Shown: positions 1 to 11,094, counted from the stretch's first letter. The stretch is DNA of 32,349 nucleotides from Octopus bimaculoides (GCF_001194135.2 NC_068982.1:25547987-25580335); one strand, 5' to 3'. Numbers and translations are program-made. The notes: a model not told the origin generated them from the letters alone.

Positions 1-36
<36 letters not shown>
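1..36. repeat. (TA)n microsatellite
   Basis: Pure TA dinucleotide run abutting the 3' end of the Penelope-like element. Confidence 0.99.
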
Positions 37-37
<1 letters not shown>

Positions 38-1237
38 TTCGGTACGGTTTTTGGTGAAGACGCGAGTTTGACGAAGCTGCTCTTCCTTGTGTCTCCTACT
101 GTGATGTGAGCTCAACTTGCATTTTAGATCTCCAGGTGCTTTTCGTATTATGTCCAGGTGTACAGTATAATATGTCCATTGTGTTGGTGTTCTTGTAGAA
201 ATGGAATGTTTGAACAGGTGCTATACGTGCAGCGTTTTCATAGTAGGGGAAAATGCTGTATACATAACTGTCTTCGTTAGTGTGCTTTTATATTTTGCTT
301 AAAACCTTTTGTTGAATACTTTGGGGAAATTATGTATGCATAGAATGTGAGTAGGAGTACAATATGAATGGGGGTGGGAAAGGGCTAATGGATAGATGTC
401 CGCCGTTTTAGGACGCGTCTGTTTGTGAGCGCGTTTTTGTATGTTCTGGTCAAACGTTTTGCCGAATGCTCAGGTATTAGTGGTCGGAGTGCCAAAGCTG
501 GGGGACTGCCGGTCATAGTCACGATGAACACATAGGTATGATAGGATATACTTCCATTCATGTGGGCAAAGATAAAAGTTTCACTTCTGCTTTTCAGGTA
601 GATGCCTGGATGCTGAGAGGGCTTTAGTGCTTTCATATCGTTCTTTTCTTAGCCAAGCATAATCTGCACTTTCTGCTGCTATTGAAGTATGCTCTGCATT
701 TCTCTAAAATCCTCCGCTTTATGCTGTACTCGGTGACGCTTTCTTTCAACGATCATACGAGCTTGGCCAGGGTTGTGGCGTTACGTCTCTCCAGGATGTT
801 GAAGGAGAAATTATGGTTTTTATAACGGGTTCTGAACTGGCCTTTAGTCGCTCCCACGTACTTTTGCACGTTTGGTTGCCCATTTGGTCCTATCGATGTT
901 ACCTCTGCCTCGTATACGACAGTTTAGTATTATAGTAGCCGTTCAGTATACATGCTATGTTACCCCTACATGAGCATCCTACTTTTGTCTCAGGTATGGG
1001 TCTACCTACAAAACTCTTTTCTACATTTGTTGTGCAGGTAAAAAAACAAACTCGCAGAGTGTGCCTATTTAACATTTTACTGAACCTATCTGTACGATGG
1101 ACATTTTTGTATACTTAGCTAAGGGAAATCTTACCTACTTAATGTAAAGGGTGGTGTGAACCACAACGCTTTCCGGTGGCATTTTTCTCGGAGGGGGTAG
1201 AGTTTGGCGTATAACTAATTTTTTCCTTAAAACCGCT
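37..1237 (-). mobile_element. Penelope-like retroelement, 3' part (post-RT linker + GIY-YIG endonuclease + 3' region), decayed
   Basis: Minus-strand translation with frameshifts and stops: SGFKEKISYTP...RKALWFTPPF...VGKISLS*VYK...MLNRHTLRV...GCSCRGNIACILNGYY/VVYEAEV...KYVGATKGQFRTRYKNHNFSF...CRLCLAKK. This matches the PLE WFNPP, CxCR..CPLNG and VVY...YVG...R (GIY-YIG) motifs. The coding remnant spans ~545-1237; assignment of 37-545 to the element's 3' region is inferred. Confidence 0.88.
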
Positions 1238-1243
1238 CGTGGT

Positions 1244-1386
1244 CATTAACACAGATTCTTGTCATCCAACCATGGTTTTCAAGAACTTGGTAAAGGGCAT
1301 AGCAGAAGAATCCCCAATCTATCTTCAAACAAGGGATTTTTGATGCTACCACCCCGTACTATAATGCGTGTCTGGCCGCCAGCGGT
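1244..1386 (+). mobile_element. Inverted 5' segment of the same Penelope-like element (RT thumb region)
   Basis: Plus-strand translation with two frameshifts: INTDSCHPTMVFKNLVKGI/RRIPNLSSNK/IFDATTPYYNACLAASG. This is the PLE segment (S-x-HP...RR-x-S-x-x-SS...F...PYY-x-AL-x-x-SG) that normally lies directly upstream of the minus-strand piece. Confidence 0.82.
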
Positions 1387-1899
1387 CCCTATAGTCACTG
1401 CAAAAGTTCTTTACCTGTGGTTTTACGTCACAAATTGCTTAGTAATTTTGTACATCTATAAGTGAACTGTTATTGAATATATATTGAATAATACAACACA
1501 CGGTGTAAAGAGAAAGAGTTCCAAATGTAAGACGTCATCAACAAAATGTCGAGTCTGGAGTACCATTTGTTAGTCAACATATCGCGTAGAACATGCTAGA
1601 GATGCAGCTTAAATGGATCTTTAAATGCTCAAAAACGTTTCTATCTTTACATTCAATACTGAATCACACATGAATATCTGAAATTTGACCCCGAAATAAA
1701 TGAAAGAAACAATGTTTTATGATGAAGCACAATAAATACAAATATTGTTATATATTTGGAAATAGAAATATTGTGATAATGAGTTTAAGGTCTCTGTATA
1801 TGAATTAAAGTAATTTTGCACTTCTATTGATATTGTAATAATTCCAGATATTTATGCATTTCACAAGTCTGAACATTTGAATTAAAGTTGAAATCCCCT

Positions 1900-2030
1900 C
1901 CGACTGACTTCTATACAGTTTCCGTTTACTTAATTTCACTCAGAAAATGTAAGGCGATCCAAGGGCTCTGTTGACCTTCATATCCTTGCTGAAGATCCGT
2001 GCCATGCAATCCAATAATTCACCTACACAT
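1900..2030 (-). mobile_element. SINE family A, degenerate fragment
   Basis: cagtttccgtttacttaatttcactca resembles cagtttccgtctaccaaattccttca of the 6638-6801 copy. Confidence 0.45.
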
Positions 2031-3699
2031 CCCTGCATGCTGTCAGCATTGAAAACCCTGACGAATATATAAACTGAACCCACGCTATTTAATCTCTTAT
2101 AAAACATGTGGTATACGTGCTTCTCAAAATGAAACCAAGTCATAGTGCAGTATAATAAATGTTAACTTTATCCTGTATTATTACTTAATTATATACAGTT
2201 GATTATGTGCCATTATCTTTTTTATTGAGAAACAATTATAATAAATTCTTAACCGTTGCTTAGAAACTAGTTTAGGTTTTCTTCTGTTTCTCTTATCAAT
2301 TCCGGCTTCACAAAACATTAAATTCTTGATTAATGACGGGTGATATTTTTTTTTAGTCATTACATTATGTTTTAGAACACTTGCAGCGAAACTGACAATA
2401 GTAATTTTGGTTACGAGATAAGATTTTACAATCATGTCAAAGACATTTATCATTGTAATATACGAATGCACAACCCGCTTCTTAACTTCTAGTCGTGATG
2501 AGGTGTAAAATGTTGCTAGGAGCTACATAATATAATGGAATATAAATAAGTAAACACAACTAAAAAGAACGGAAACGAGAATCTAATTTAATGGATTGTT
2601 GTTGTTTTTTTTACACACGATTCTTCGTAAGTTATAATTATATTTTATTACTTTTACGCAATATCAGCCATTATGTTCAGATGGAATATAAGTTGTTGAA
2701 TATGAATGTATTTATACACTATAAGATAGTGACTAATAGTGGCATTATTGATGTAATACGATACTTGTAAAATATCATCGGTAATTTGATAAAAAACTGA
2801 ATGGAAAGGTTGTAGGTCAGTCTTCAGTGATATTGTTACACATTTACATCTGTGGATAGAAAAATTTGAGGGACTATACTGATTATTAATATACTGTCAT
2901 TTCAACTTCACGAAAGGTTAAAATATTTATGATGTGTTTTCCCAAATTACTGACAAAAGAAACGTTTGTCCATGTCTTTGCATGAACCTATTTGAATATT
3001 TGGTAGGAATTTGAATTGTAAAAATCTCAAATTATGAATTATTTATTATTCGTCCAAAATCGATTCCCGGTAACATTGCTGGAAAGACGCTGCGTATTTT
3101 GATCTTTAATGCTAAACTTTCGCTTATATTTATATATGATCATTGAAAGAATACACCAAATGAAACAGGAATATATTTTGTAGAAATGAGAATAGAATTA
3201 TCAATTCAAATGAGCATCTAAAACTTTCTTCTACTTCAGCATTAAAACATCTTTTCATGACTTCTGTCTTCTTTAATTTAAAGCAGAATCAAGAATACAT
3301 TGAATGCAAAACAACTTTAACTTCTGACGAATGTGTTAAAAAATAAGTTTGGAGATTCTAAAAACATTTTTTGGCATCCATGGAATATTATATCAAAAAT
3401 CAAAATTCGGCAAGAGCAATGCACAATTATTTTGTAACATCTTGAACAGATATAGAACAAAAAAATGTTCTGGAGTATTCATATCATCAGTTTCAACGGT
3501 TCTATATTTCATTTAATAGAGAACTGAATAAGAAATACAGCGAAAGTAATTCAGGTAGGTTGTTAGATTTATGCTTGAGCATTCATACACATTTCTTTTA
3601 GTGATAAACATAGATGCACGAGGCATTCAAAGATATTCAAGTATGTCTAAATATCAAGTATATGTATATATAATGAACTGTAAAGTTTGTATGAATGAG

Positions 3700-3755
3700 T
3701 GTGTTTTGTGTATTTGTATTGTGTGTGTAAGTATGAATAATATATGTCTGTACAT

Positions 3756-3821
<66 letters not shown>

Positions 3822-4120
3822 NNNNNNNNNNNNNNNNNNNNNNNNNNNNNNNNNNNNNNNNNNNNNNNNNNNNNNNNNNNNNNNNNNNNNNNNNNNNNNN
3901 NNNNNNNNNNNNNNNNNNNNNNNNNNNNNNNNNNNNNNNNNNNNNNNNNNNNNNNNNNNNNNNNNNNNNNNNNNNNNNNNNNNNNNNNNNNNNNNNNNNN
4001 NNNNNNNNNNNNNNNNNNNNNNNNNNNNNNNNNNNNNNNNNNNNNNNNNNNNNNNNNNNNNNNNNNNNNNNNNNNNNNNNNNNNNNNNNNNNNNNNNNNN
4101 NNTATAAATATATACAAATA
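3700..4120. repeat. (TA)n-(TG)n microsatellite with assembly gap (N 3832-~4102)
   Basis: Directly visible. Confidence 0.95.
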
Positions 4121-4125
4121 TACAC

Positions 4126-4260
4126 AGGCGCAAGTTTGCTTCTCAACAGCATGGTTTTAGGTTCAGTCCCACTGCCTGGCACCTCGGGAAAATGTCTTCT
4201 GCCATAGTCTCAAGCCGACCAAAGGGGATTTGACAGACGGAAACTGAAGGAAATTCGGCG
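4126..4260 (+). mobile_element. tRNA-derived SINE family A, with A-box region deleted
   Basis: Aligns to the reverse complement of 6638-6801 (ggcgca...ttgcttc...catggt...ggttcagtcccactgc.tggcacctcggg.aa.tgtcttct...gacggaaactgaa). B-box-like GGTTCAGTCCC is present; the tggctgtgtggtaag segment is missing. Confidence 0.85.
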
Positions 4261-4701
4261 AATGTGTGTGTGTATGTGTCAGCGGGTGTGTATATAGATA
4301 TGTATGTGTATATCAAGGGAGAGAGGTAGTTTGGAGAAATGTCTCTGTAAGTTGGTGTGTGAGTGTCTGTAGGCTTGCATACGATTTTCGTTCTCTCAAA
4401 ATGTGGCCATCGAAAACGTTTTTCAAATATTTTCGACTCCAGGCTAATGTTTCCTCACCCCAGTTTTGTGTGCTACTGTAATTTATTTTCTAGCTAGAAA
4501 TGTTTCTCCTAGGCAAACCCAACCCATTTAACTCATGCGAAGAGGTGGTCCATATTAGTATGTCCTTTAAACTCTGGCCTATCCTGCATGGGAGCCCTTA
4601 CGAGGCGCTTGAGCTCCGTTAGCATAGCTCTCAGTTTCACTACAAACAGTAATGGACTTTGTCGTGCACGGATGAGTATATACATATATATATATATATA
4701 T

Positions 4702-4784
4702 ACAACAGGGTTCTTTCAGCTTTTGTCTACCAAGTCCACTCACAAGGCTTTGGTCGGCCCGACGCTATAGTAGGAGACGCTGCG

Positions 4785-4787
<3 letters not shown>
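4702..4787 (-). mobile_element. SINE family A, 3' half
   Basis: ttctttcag...gtctaccaagtccactcacaaggctttggtcggcccga.gctatagtag matches 6648-6710. Flanked on both sides by (TA)n. Confidence 0.85.
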
Positions 4788-4819
<32 letters not shown>

Positions 4820-5479
4820 TGAAGCTATTCCTGTACCAATAAATCACATTTTCATTACTGTAACATAAACATTTTCTACTTGCCTATATTTAAAGTACTT
4901 GTTACTATTTGACTTTTTACAATATTTTGATGTGTATCCTTAATTTAAACACAAACACCAAAGTTTCAAATTTCTAATTTAAATATTCAGTAATATAAAC
5001 TAGTGGGATATTATTTATAGGTGGAAATATGTATATGTATAATCTTGTTAAAGAAATCAACTGGTGAGTTTAGGAGCAGTTGACCATTAAGATTTTCTCT
5101 CGCATTGGATTTAAATGGTATATAAGAATTCTCTAAGTCGCTGAAATTCACAACAGTACTTGTATATTTCATATTGTTATTTATGTGGCGTGCATGCATA
5201 TTAATACATCGATGTATGTATTTTGATATACGAATTGATAGAAAAACATAAAAATGTATATGCGTGTGTGTATGTAAGTTTGTGTGTGCGTGTGCGTGTG
5301 CGAGCGCGTGTGTGTATGCACATACACTCATGCATACACACTCATAATGGTCAATATGTTCTACACAGAGCACACATTACAAGTGAGTTTACATCTTAAT
5401 TACATTGCTTTCCTTGGAAGAATAATAACATATACATGTCACACCCATTTATCACATCTATAAATTTCTATGATTATTG

Positions 5480-6585
5480 CTACAAATGAATGCATGTGTG
5501 TGGGTGTGTGCATGTGTGTGTGTCTCTGTATGTGTGCGTGTGTGCGTGTGTGTGTGTGCGCGTGCGGTCGCGCGTGTATCAGCGTGCGTTTGTGGAAGTA
5601 ATTCTAATTCTTTGACATCCTTGAAATTCTCCGCTCCTTTTCATGTAGTATCGGTGAGAGCGTATACCCCTCCCCAAACACACAGGCACATATGCAGGTA
5701 TATATATATACATATATATATTTATGTATATATATACATATATATATTCATATATATATATATATATATTTTAGCAAAAATATACGTACGAAGAAAACCA
5801 TATCTTTATTTTAAGTCTCACCATATAAATGCCACAATTATTTTAATTACATTAACATATATATACATATATATATANNNNNNNNNNNNNNNNNNNNNNN
5901 NNNNNNNNNNNNNNNNNNNNNNNNNNNNNNNNNNNNNNNNNNNNNNNNNNNNNNNNNNNNNNNNNNNNNNNNNNNNNNNNNNNNNNNNNNNNNNNNNNNN
6001 NNNNNNNNNNNNNNNNNNNNNNNNNNNNNNNNNNNNNNNNNNNNNNNNNNNNNNNNNNNNNNNNNNNNNNNNNNNNNNNNNNNNNNNNNNNNNNNNNNNN
6101 NNNNNNNNNNNNNNNNNNNNNNNNNNNNNNNNNNNNNNNNNNNNNNNNNNNNNNNNNNNNNNNNNNNNNNNNNNNNNNNNNNNNNNNNNNNNNNNNNNNN
6201 NNNNNNNNNNNNNNNNNNNNNNNNNNNNNNNNNNNNNNNNNNNNNNNNNNNNNNNNNNNNNNNNNNNNNNNNNNNNNNNNNNNNNNNNNNNNNNNNNNNN
6301 NNNNNNNNNNNNNNNNNNNNNNNNNNNNNNNNNNNNNNNNNNNNNNNNNNNNNNNNNNNNNNNNNNNNNNNNNNNNNNNNNNNNNNNNNNNNNNNNNNNN
6401 NNNNNNNNNNNNNNNNNNNNNNNNNNNNNNNNNNNNNNNNNNNNNNNNNNNNNNNNNNNNNNNNNNNNNNNNNNNNNNNNNNNNNNNNNNNNNNNNNNNN
6501 NNNNNNNNNNNNNNNNNNNNNNNNNNNNNNNNNNNNNNNNNNNNNNNNNNNNNNNNNNNNNNNNNNNNNNNNNNATATATATACA

Positions 6586-6621
<36 letters not shown>

Positions 6622-6637
6622 CATATATATATACATA
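5480..6637. repeat. Compound (TG/CG)n and (TA)n microsatellites with assembly gap (N 5878-6574)
   Basis: Directly visible. Confidence 0.9.
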
Positions 6638-6801
6638 GGACGGTCTTCTTTCAGTTTCCGTCTACCAAATTCCTTCACAGCACTTTTGTCGGCCCGAGGC
6701 TATAGTAGAAGACACTTGCCCGAGGTGCCATGCAGTGTGACTGAACCCACGACCATGTGGTTGGGAAGCAAGCTTCTTACCACACAGCCACACCTGCGCC
6801 T
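6638..6801 (-). mobile_element. tRNA-derived SINE family A, full length
   Basis: The minus strand reads ggcgcaggtgTGGCTGTGTGGtaagaagcttgcttcccaaccacatggtcgtgGGTTCAGTCacac..., giving Pol III A- and B-box-like motifs at tRNA spacing. There are at least three other copies in the window, and both flanks are (TA)n. Confidence 0.9.
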
Positions 6802-6830
6802 ATTATATATATATACATATATATATACAT

Positions 6831-7039
6831 TGCAAATCCAATGGGGGTCTTAAAAGACATGTTAAGATCCACAATGAGCAGAACTTACCAGCAGGTATTG
6901 GTAGTTCAAATCAGAGGTGAAATGTGTGTGGGTGTTTTTTCAGAACATTGGTTTTAAAAAGCCACATCAGACGCCATGAGGGGGCTAAGGTGTAGGTGCA
7001 GGAGGTGGTCAAACTCTGTGTAAGGAGTAGACAACCACC

Positions 7040-7041
<2 letters not shown>
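6831..7041 (+). mobile_element. RTE-clade LINE 3' end with two C2H2 zinc-finger remnants
   Basis: Frame from 6831: CKSNGGLKRHVKIH-NEQNLPAGIGSSNQR-*NVCGCFFRTLVLKSHIRRH, with TGA at 6918 in place of Cys. It is followed by a short 3'UTR (ggtcaaactc...gagtagac..ccat) similar to that at 32305-32332 and a TA/TG tail. Confidence 0.7.
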
Positions 7042-7094
<53 letters not shown>

Positions 7095-7235
7095 CGTGTA
7101 TGTGCGTGTGTGTGTGTCCGTGCGTGTGTGTGTGTCCGTGCGTGTGTGTGTGTCCGTGCGTGTGTGTGTGTGTGTGTTTTTGAGTATGTATGTATGTATG
7201 TATATATATATATGCATGTGTATATATATATATAT
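7042..7235. repeat. (TG)n with 18-bp higher-order unit gtgcgtgtgtgtgtgtcc, then (TATG)/(TA)n
   Basis: Directly visible; the 18-mer repeats about three times at ~7101-7160. Confidence 0.9.
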
Positions 7236-7784
7236 AATGAGAGAGTGAGAGACAAACTGAGCGAGCAATATTATTTGTAATAAGAATATTACCATTATCA
7301 ATTAATAAAACAATCACATGAAAAATGGTATCTGTCACTTTCGACGGCCTTCTTCGATTTGTTAGTACAACGAATCGACGTAGTCACTGGATTATGTTAA
7401 TTTAGTTGGTATTTCACAGATTTTCAGTACGATTATAACATCGAATCATGTGTGATCCATGTATATCAATGTTGTCTATAAATTTCTGATATTGTGTATT
7501 GATCTTGCTTCATCATACCACTTTAACTAACAAAGCTTTCATTAACTCAAAACTGTGCTTATAAACGTTAACTCTAGAACGTACGTTACGGGATCAAACT
7601 CAAATGTGCATGATCCCGAAGTGAAATTCGTATATACATGCCAGCATTTTTAAATAAATTTATGCATACTTGCACACATGTAACATGCATATGTACATGA
7701 ATACATCGATACATATATGCATATATTCCTACATAAGAAACAGCTACTTATGTGCACGGGGTTATACCTTACACATTCTGTTTG

Positions 7785-7960
7785 GTTTCTGTTATTTAGC
7801 TGCGACCATTTCGAGGCACCAACTTGAAGAGTTCAGTGCATCTAATTCCCTCCAGTACTTAGTTTTTATCCATCTCTTCTTGCCAACACGTATAAAAACC
7901 TAGCAACAGTTATCAAGCGGTACAGTGACATACTCAAGCACACGGGCACACACAAACACA
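7785..7960. mobile_element. Possible highly degenerate third SINE-like repeat
   Basis: tttagctgcgacc...gaggcaccaacttgaag...ccagtactta...gttatcaagcgg resembles a recalled octopus repeat; there is no second copy in the window to confirm it. Confidence 0.3.
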
Positions 7961-7997
7961 TACACATAAAAACAAATACGATCGTACATATTTGTAT

Positions 7998-8155
7998 ACA
8001 ACGGGTTTCCACAAAATTACCGTCCACGAAATTTACTCACAAGGCATTGGTCAACACGGAGTTATAGTGGAATACCCTTGTTCTACTTAGCATGCAATCG
8101 AATTCAATGTGAAACCACCAGACTGCGAAGAGGACTTCTTAGCCACATATCCATG
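7998..8155 (-). mobile_element. SINE family A, old degenerate copy
   Basis: acaacgggttt...ccgtccacgaaatttactcacaaggcattggtc...ttatagtggaa...cttcttagccaca aligns collinearly with 6638-6801 and 4702-4787. Confidence 0.65.
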
Positions 8156-8409
8156 TATGGACTTATATTAGTGGTAGGCATGAAACACTAACACTTTGAA
8201 GCAAATTTGTGATCGTCTAACACGTACCTAGCAAAATCGGTCAGTAAATGTGTCTGTAAAAATATGCAAGGTTGTTTCACTTTTCATCATATACCAATAA
8301 TTATTTTATTGTTTTAACTTTCTTAATGTTGTTTGGTTTCTTTATTACAACCCAGCTCCTTCCGTTTATGAAGACATATACCGTGCATATGCACAGATAG
8401 ATACATTAA

Positions 8410-8428
8410 TGTGTGTGTGTGAGTATAC

Positions 8429-8485
<57 letters not shown>

Positions 8486-8495
8486 AAGAGAGAGA
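8410..8495. repeat. (TG)n/(TA)n/(GA)n microsatellite
   Basis: Directly visible. Confidence 0.95.
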
Positions 8496-9177
8496 GTATT
8501 ATGTAATTCGTGCATGCATACATACCTAAATACATAAAATCTTATATATGTACACGCACACATATGACTGCTGATTTGCGACTGCTATTGCTATCATGTA
8601 ACCCTGTACAACCTGTTGCATAGTCGGATCATTGGAGAGTAAACCAACTATCTTTCCAAGTTTAATTAGTGAAGTGGGCTGTTGTGGACAGCGTTCGAAG
8701 AAAAGTAACACCTGCCAAAACGCCTACGGTATCAGTGCAAACAATGGCACTCAATAATGTGTGCACATACTCTTGCATATATATAAATGAAGCAAGGAAG
8801 AATTAAGTAAGCTTCATTTAGACGTGTTCGCATATGGCAGCAGCAGGTCGTTGTGAGCAACTGTGTATGGACATTCTTTGCACTGTACTGCAATATCTAG
8901 AGGACTCTTCAAATATTTTGGCGCTCTTAAACTTTGTTTAAGCATTGTTGTCTTTTATTTTAATACTGAGCACATAGTGCAAAGACAAATGGGTTTCGTG
9001 AGCCTACAGTCTTTTCTCATTAAATAAGTCTGGTGTTTCTCTGGTATTTGAAAACTCAACATGATATCTGACGGACACACTATCAGTATATATATGAGTA
9101 TATATCTGCATATGCATGCACATATATAAAAAAAAATTGCAGGTAAAACATGTGCATAAACTTTAGCGTACATAAAC

Positions 9178-9320
9178 AAGAATATTCTATATAGATTGTA
9201 TATGTTCTATACAGAAGAGTATGTAAGAATTCTATATATTATATATAGAAGAGTAAATAAGAATTCTACATATACTATATAGAAAAGTATTTAAGAATTC
9301 TATATATTTTATATAGAAGA
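9178..9320. repeat. 34-bp minisatellite with internally palindromic unit
   Basis: Units at 9224-9257, 9258-9291 and 9292-9320 (taagaattctatatattatatatagaagagtaaa), plus a degenerate upstream copy. Confidence 0.9.
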
Positions 9321-9816
9321 TCATTCTGAATGTTCTTTATAATGCGATTGTGTTCCTTTATAACACAAACTCTTCCGGTGCTTTTAACAATTCCTGTGGG
9401 CTGGAGACAATGAGCAAATGTCACAAGCTTGATATTAACGCTAATTCTTTCCTTTCTTTGTATAACGTCCATGGAGATATACATATGATAGCTAAAGTGT
9501 GTTTTCTCACGAAGAGATACATATAAAGTAATCGCCACTTTTTAACATTGTAGCTTGTAGCGTAGAAAGTAAATCGTGAAGGGATTTAGGTTATCGATGA
9601 AAAACTGAAAGTGACACATTTCACTTATTATTCCCCACGAAAGAAAGGTTATTTCGGTGAAGAACTTCCCTTAACCACAATAGATTGACCTGGAATTTTC
9701 TATTAGTGCCTTGGGTTGACGAATAAGTTCTCAGTGGAATTCTCTTTCAGGAAACTGTATGGATGTTGAGTTCGATGCATATGTCTGTGTGCACGTGTGT
9801 ATATAAGTATACATAC

Positions 9817-9866
<50 letters not shown>

Positions 9867-10087
9867 NNNNNNNNNNNNNNNNNNNNNNNNNNNNNNNNNN
9901 NNNNNNNNNNNNNNNNNNNNNNNNNNNNNNNNNNNNNNNNNNNNTATATATATATATATATGTGCAGAGTGCGGTGAATAAATTGTCGTCTACAGTACGC
10001 AAAAATGAAAGTAATACTGACATCTCATTTTAACAGATATATTTGCCAAAATTACCTAAATATAACTTGAAATACTAAAGAGAAAAT

Positions 10088-11094
10088 TCATTCAATAAAA
10101 TCGCCATTGACTCCAACCAGATCTTCAAGACGACGGCGGAATTGCCTTTAGTTCATCTTTGGTGTTACAAAGAGTTTTGTTGGTCTTTCGCTTAAATTCG
10201 CCCAACACATAATAATTAACGGGGTTGTATCTGGGGAATTAAGTGGCCAGATGTTTGCAGAGATGTTGTCGCAGAAATTGTCTCAAAGCCATGATTGGGT
10301 TCTCTTAATTGTGTGCCATGATGCAGAGTCTTGCTGGCAGACTTAGGGTCTTCTAGCAGCCACTCTCTCGACCTCTGCCGGAGACCTCTGTGTTGAGTCT
10401 GAGGTCGTGTGGGGAGATGAATGGAGGCATAACGTCTCCATCACTAGCCATCACTCCAAACACCATAATGTTGACTGGATGTTTGAATTTTATCACTCTT
10501 GGTACATGTTTGGGGGGATACGGCAAGCCAAACGTTGTTCTGTGAGTTCACTATATGATCCTGGCAGAAATGAAATGTTCCTCGACTCAGAAAAACAAAA
10601 GCATGTTCAGTTGGAGGGGATGCTTTAGCTTGTTCAAAAGCTACGTGTACTGGTCTTCTCTCTTGTCCTTGGTGGCTTCGGATAGAAATTGGCCGTTTTT
10701 CTTCTTGTATGAGGAATACCGAATATCTTCATGCACTAACTGCCTGATAAGAAACTCCCCTGTCCCATGTCCTGCCTGATAAGAAACTCCCATGACACAT
10801 TCCCATATCCTTGGCGATGGACCTGATTGACTTGGAGGGATCGTTGTCAATCATGGCCTGGATCTTACCAACAAATTCAGGCGTACGTTTCTTATAAGAA
10901 CGATCGGTGTGAGTTTTCCTAGATGCCGTACCTTTGTAATGACCATTAGACTCATCCGACTCTTTCCGAATCCTCTGCACTGTCCTCAGATTGATACCCA
11001 AACACTCTGAGATGTTCGTATTGGAGCTTCCCGTTCGAATGCCAAACAGTACAGCATGTCGTTTCCAAATTTCTGGTAGAGTGAGTTGCATCAT
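10088..11094 (-). pseudogene. DD37D transposase pseudogene
   Basis: N-terminal HTH (MMQLTLPEIWKRHAV...NLRTVQRIRKE...DPSKSIRSIAKDMG), then SSYKKKNGQFLS, FF*VEE (first catalytic D lost), GDVMPPF, QQDSA-37 aa-WPLNSPD.., and RRLEDLVGVNGDFIE*. Multiple stops, frameshifts and deletions. Confidence 0.88.

Noticed and set aside
53-92. gtgaaga...cgaag hammerhead-like motif on the plus strand
   Set aside because: It has two core mismatches, no stem II pairing, and is antisense to the Penelope ORF.
60-300. Possible repeat of the PLE ORF N-terminus in the 3' pseudo-LTR (QHFPLL*KRC...IPFLQ)
   Set aside because: Similarity is too short and degenerate to support without a consensus.
1940-2143. 67-aa minus-strand ORF (MTWFHFEKH...)
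   Set aside because: It overlaps a degenerate SINE A fragment and has no recognisable motif.
7589-7618. 8-bp inverted repeat cgggatca/tgatcccg
   Set aside because: Its length is expected by chance in 32 kb.
8526-9090. Minus-strand exon-like frames (VLLFFERCPQQPTSLIKLGK...; DIMLSFQIPEKHQTYLMRKD...)
   Set aside because: Acceptors are plausible, but donors are weak or absent, several frames compete, and no family was recognised.
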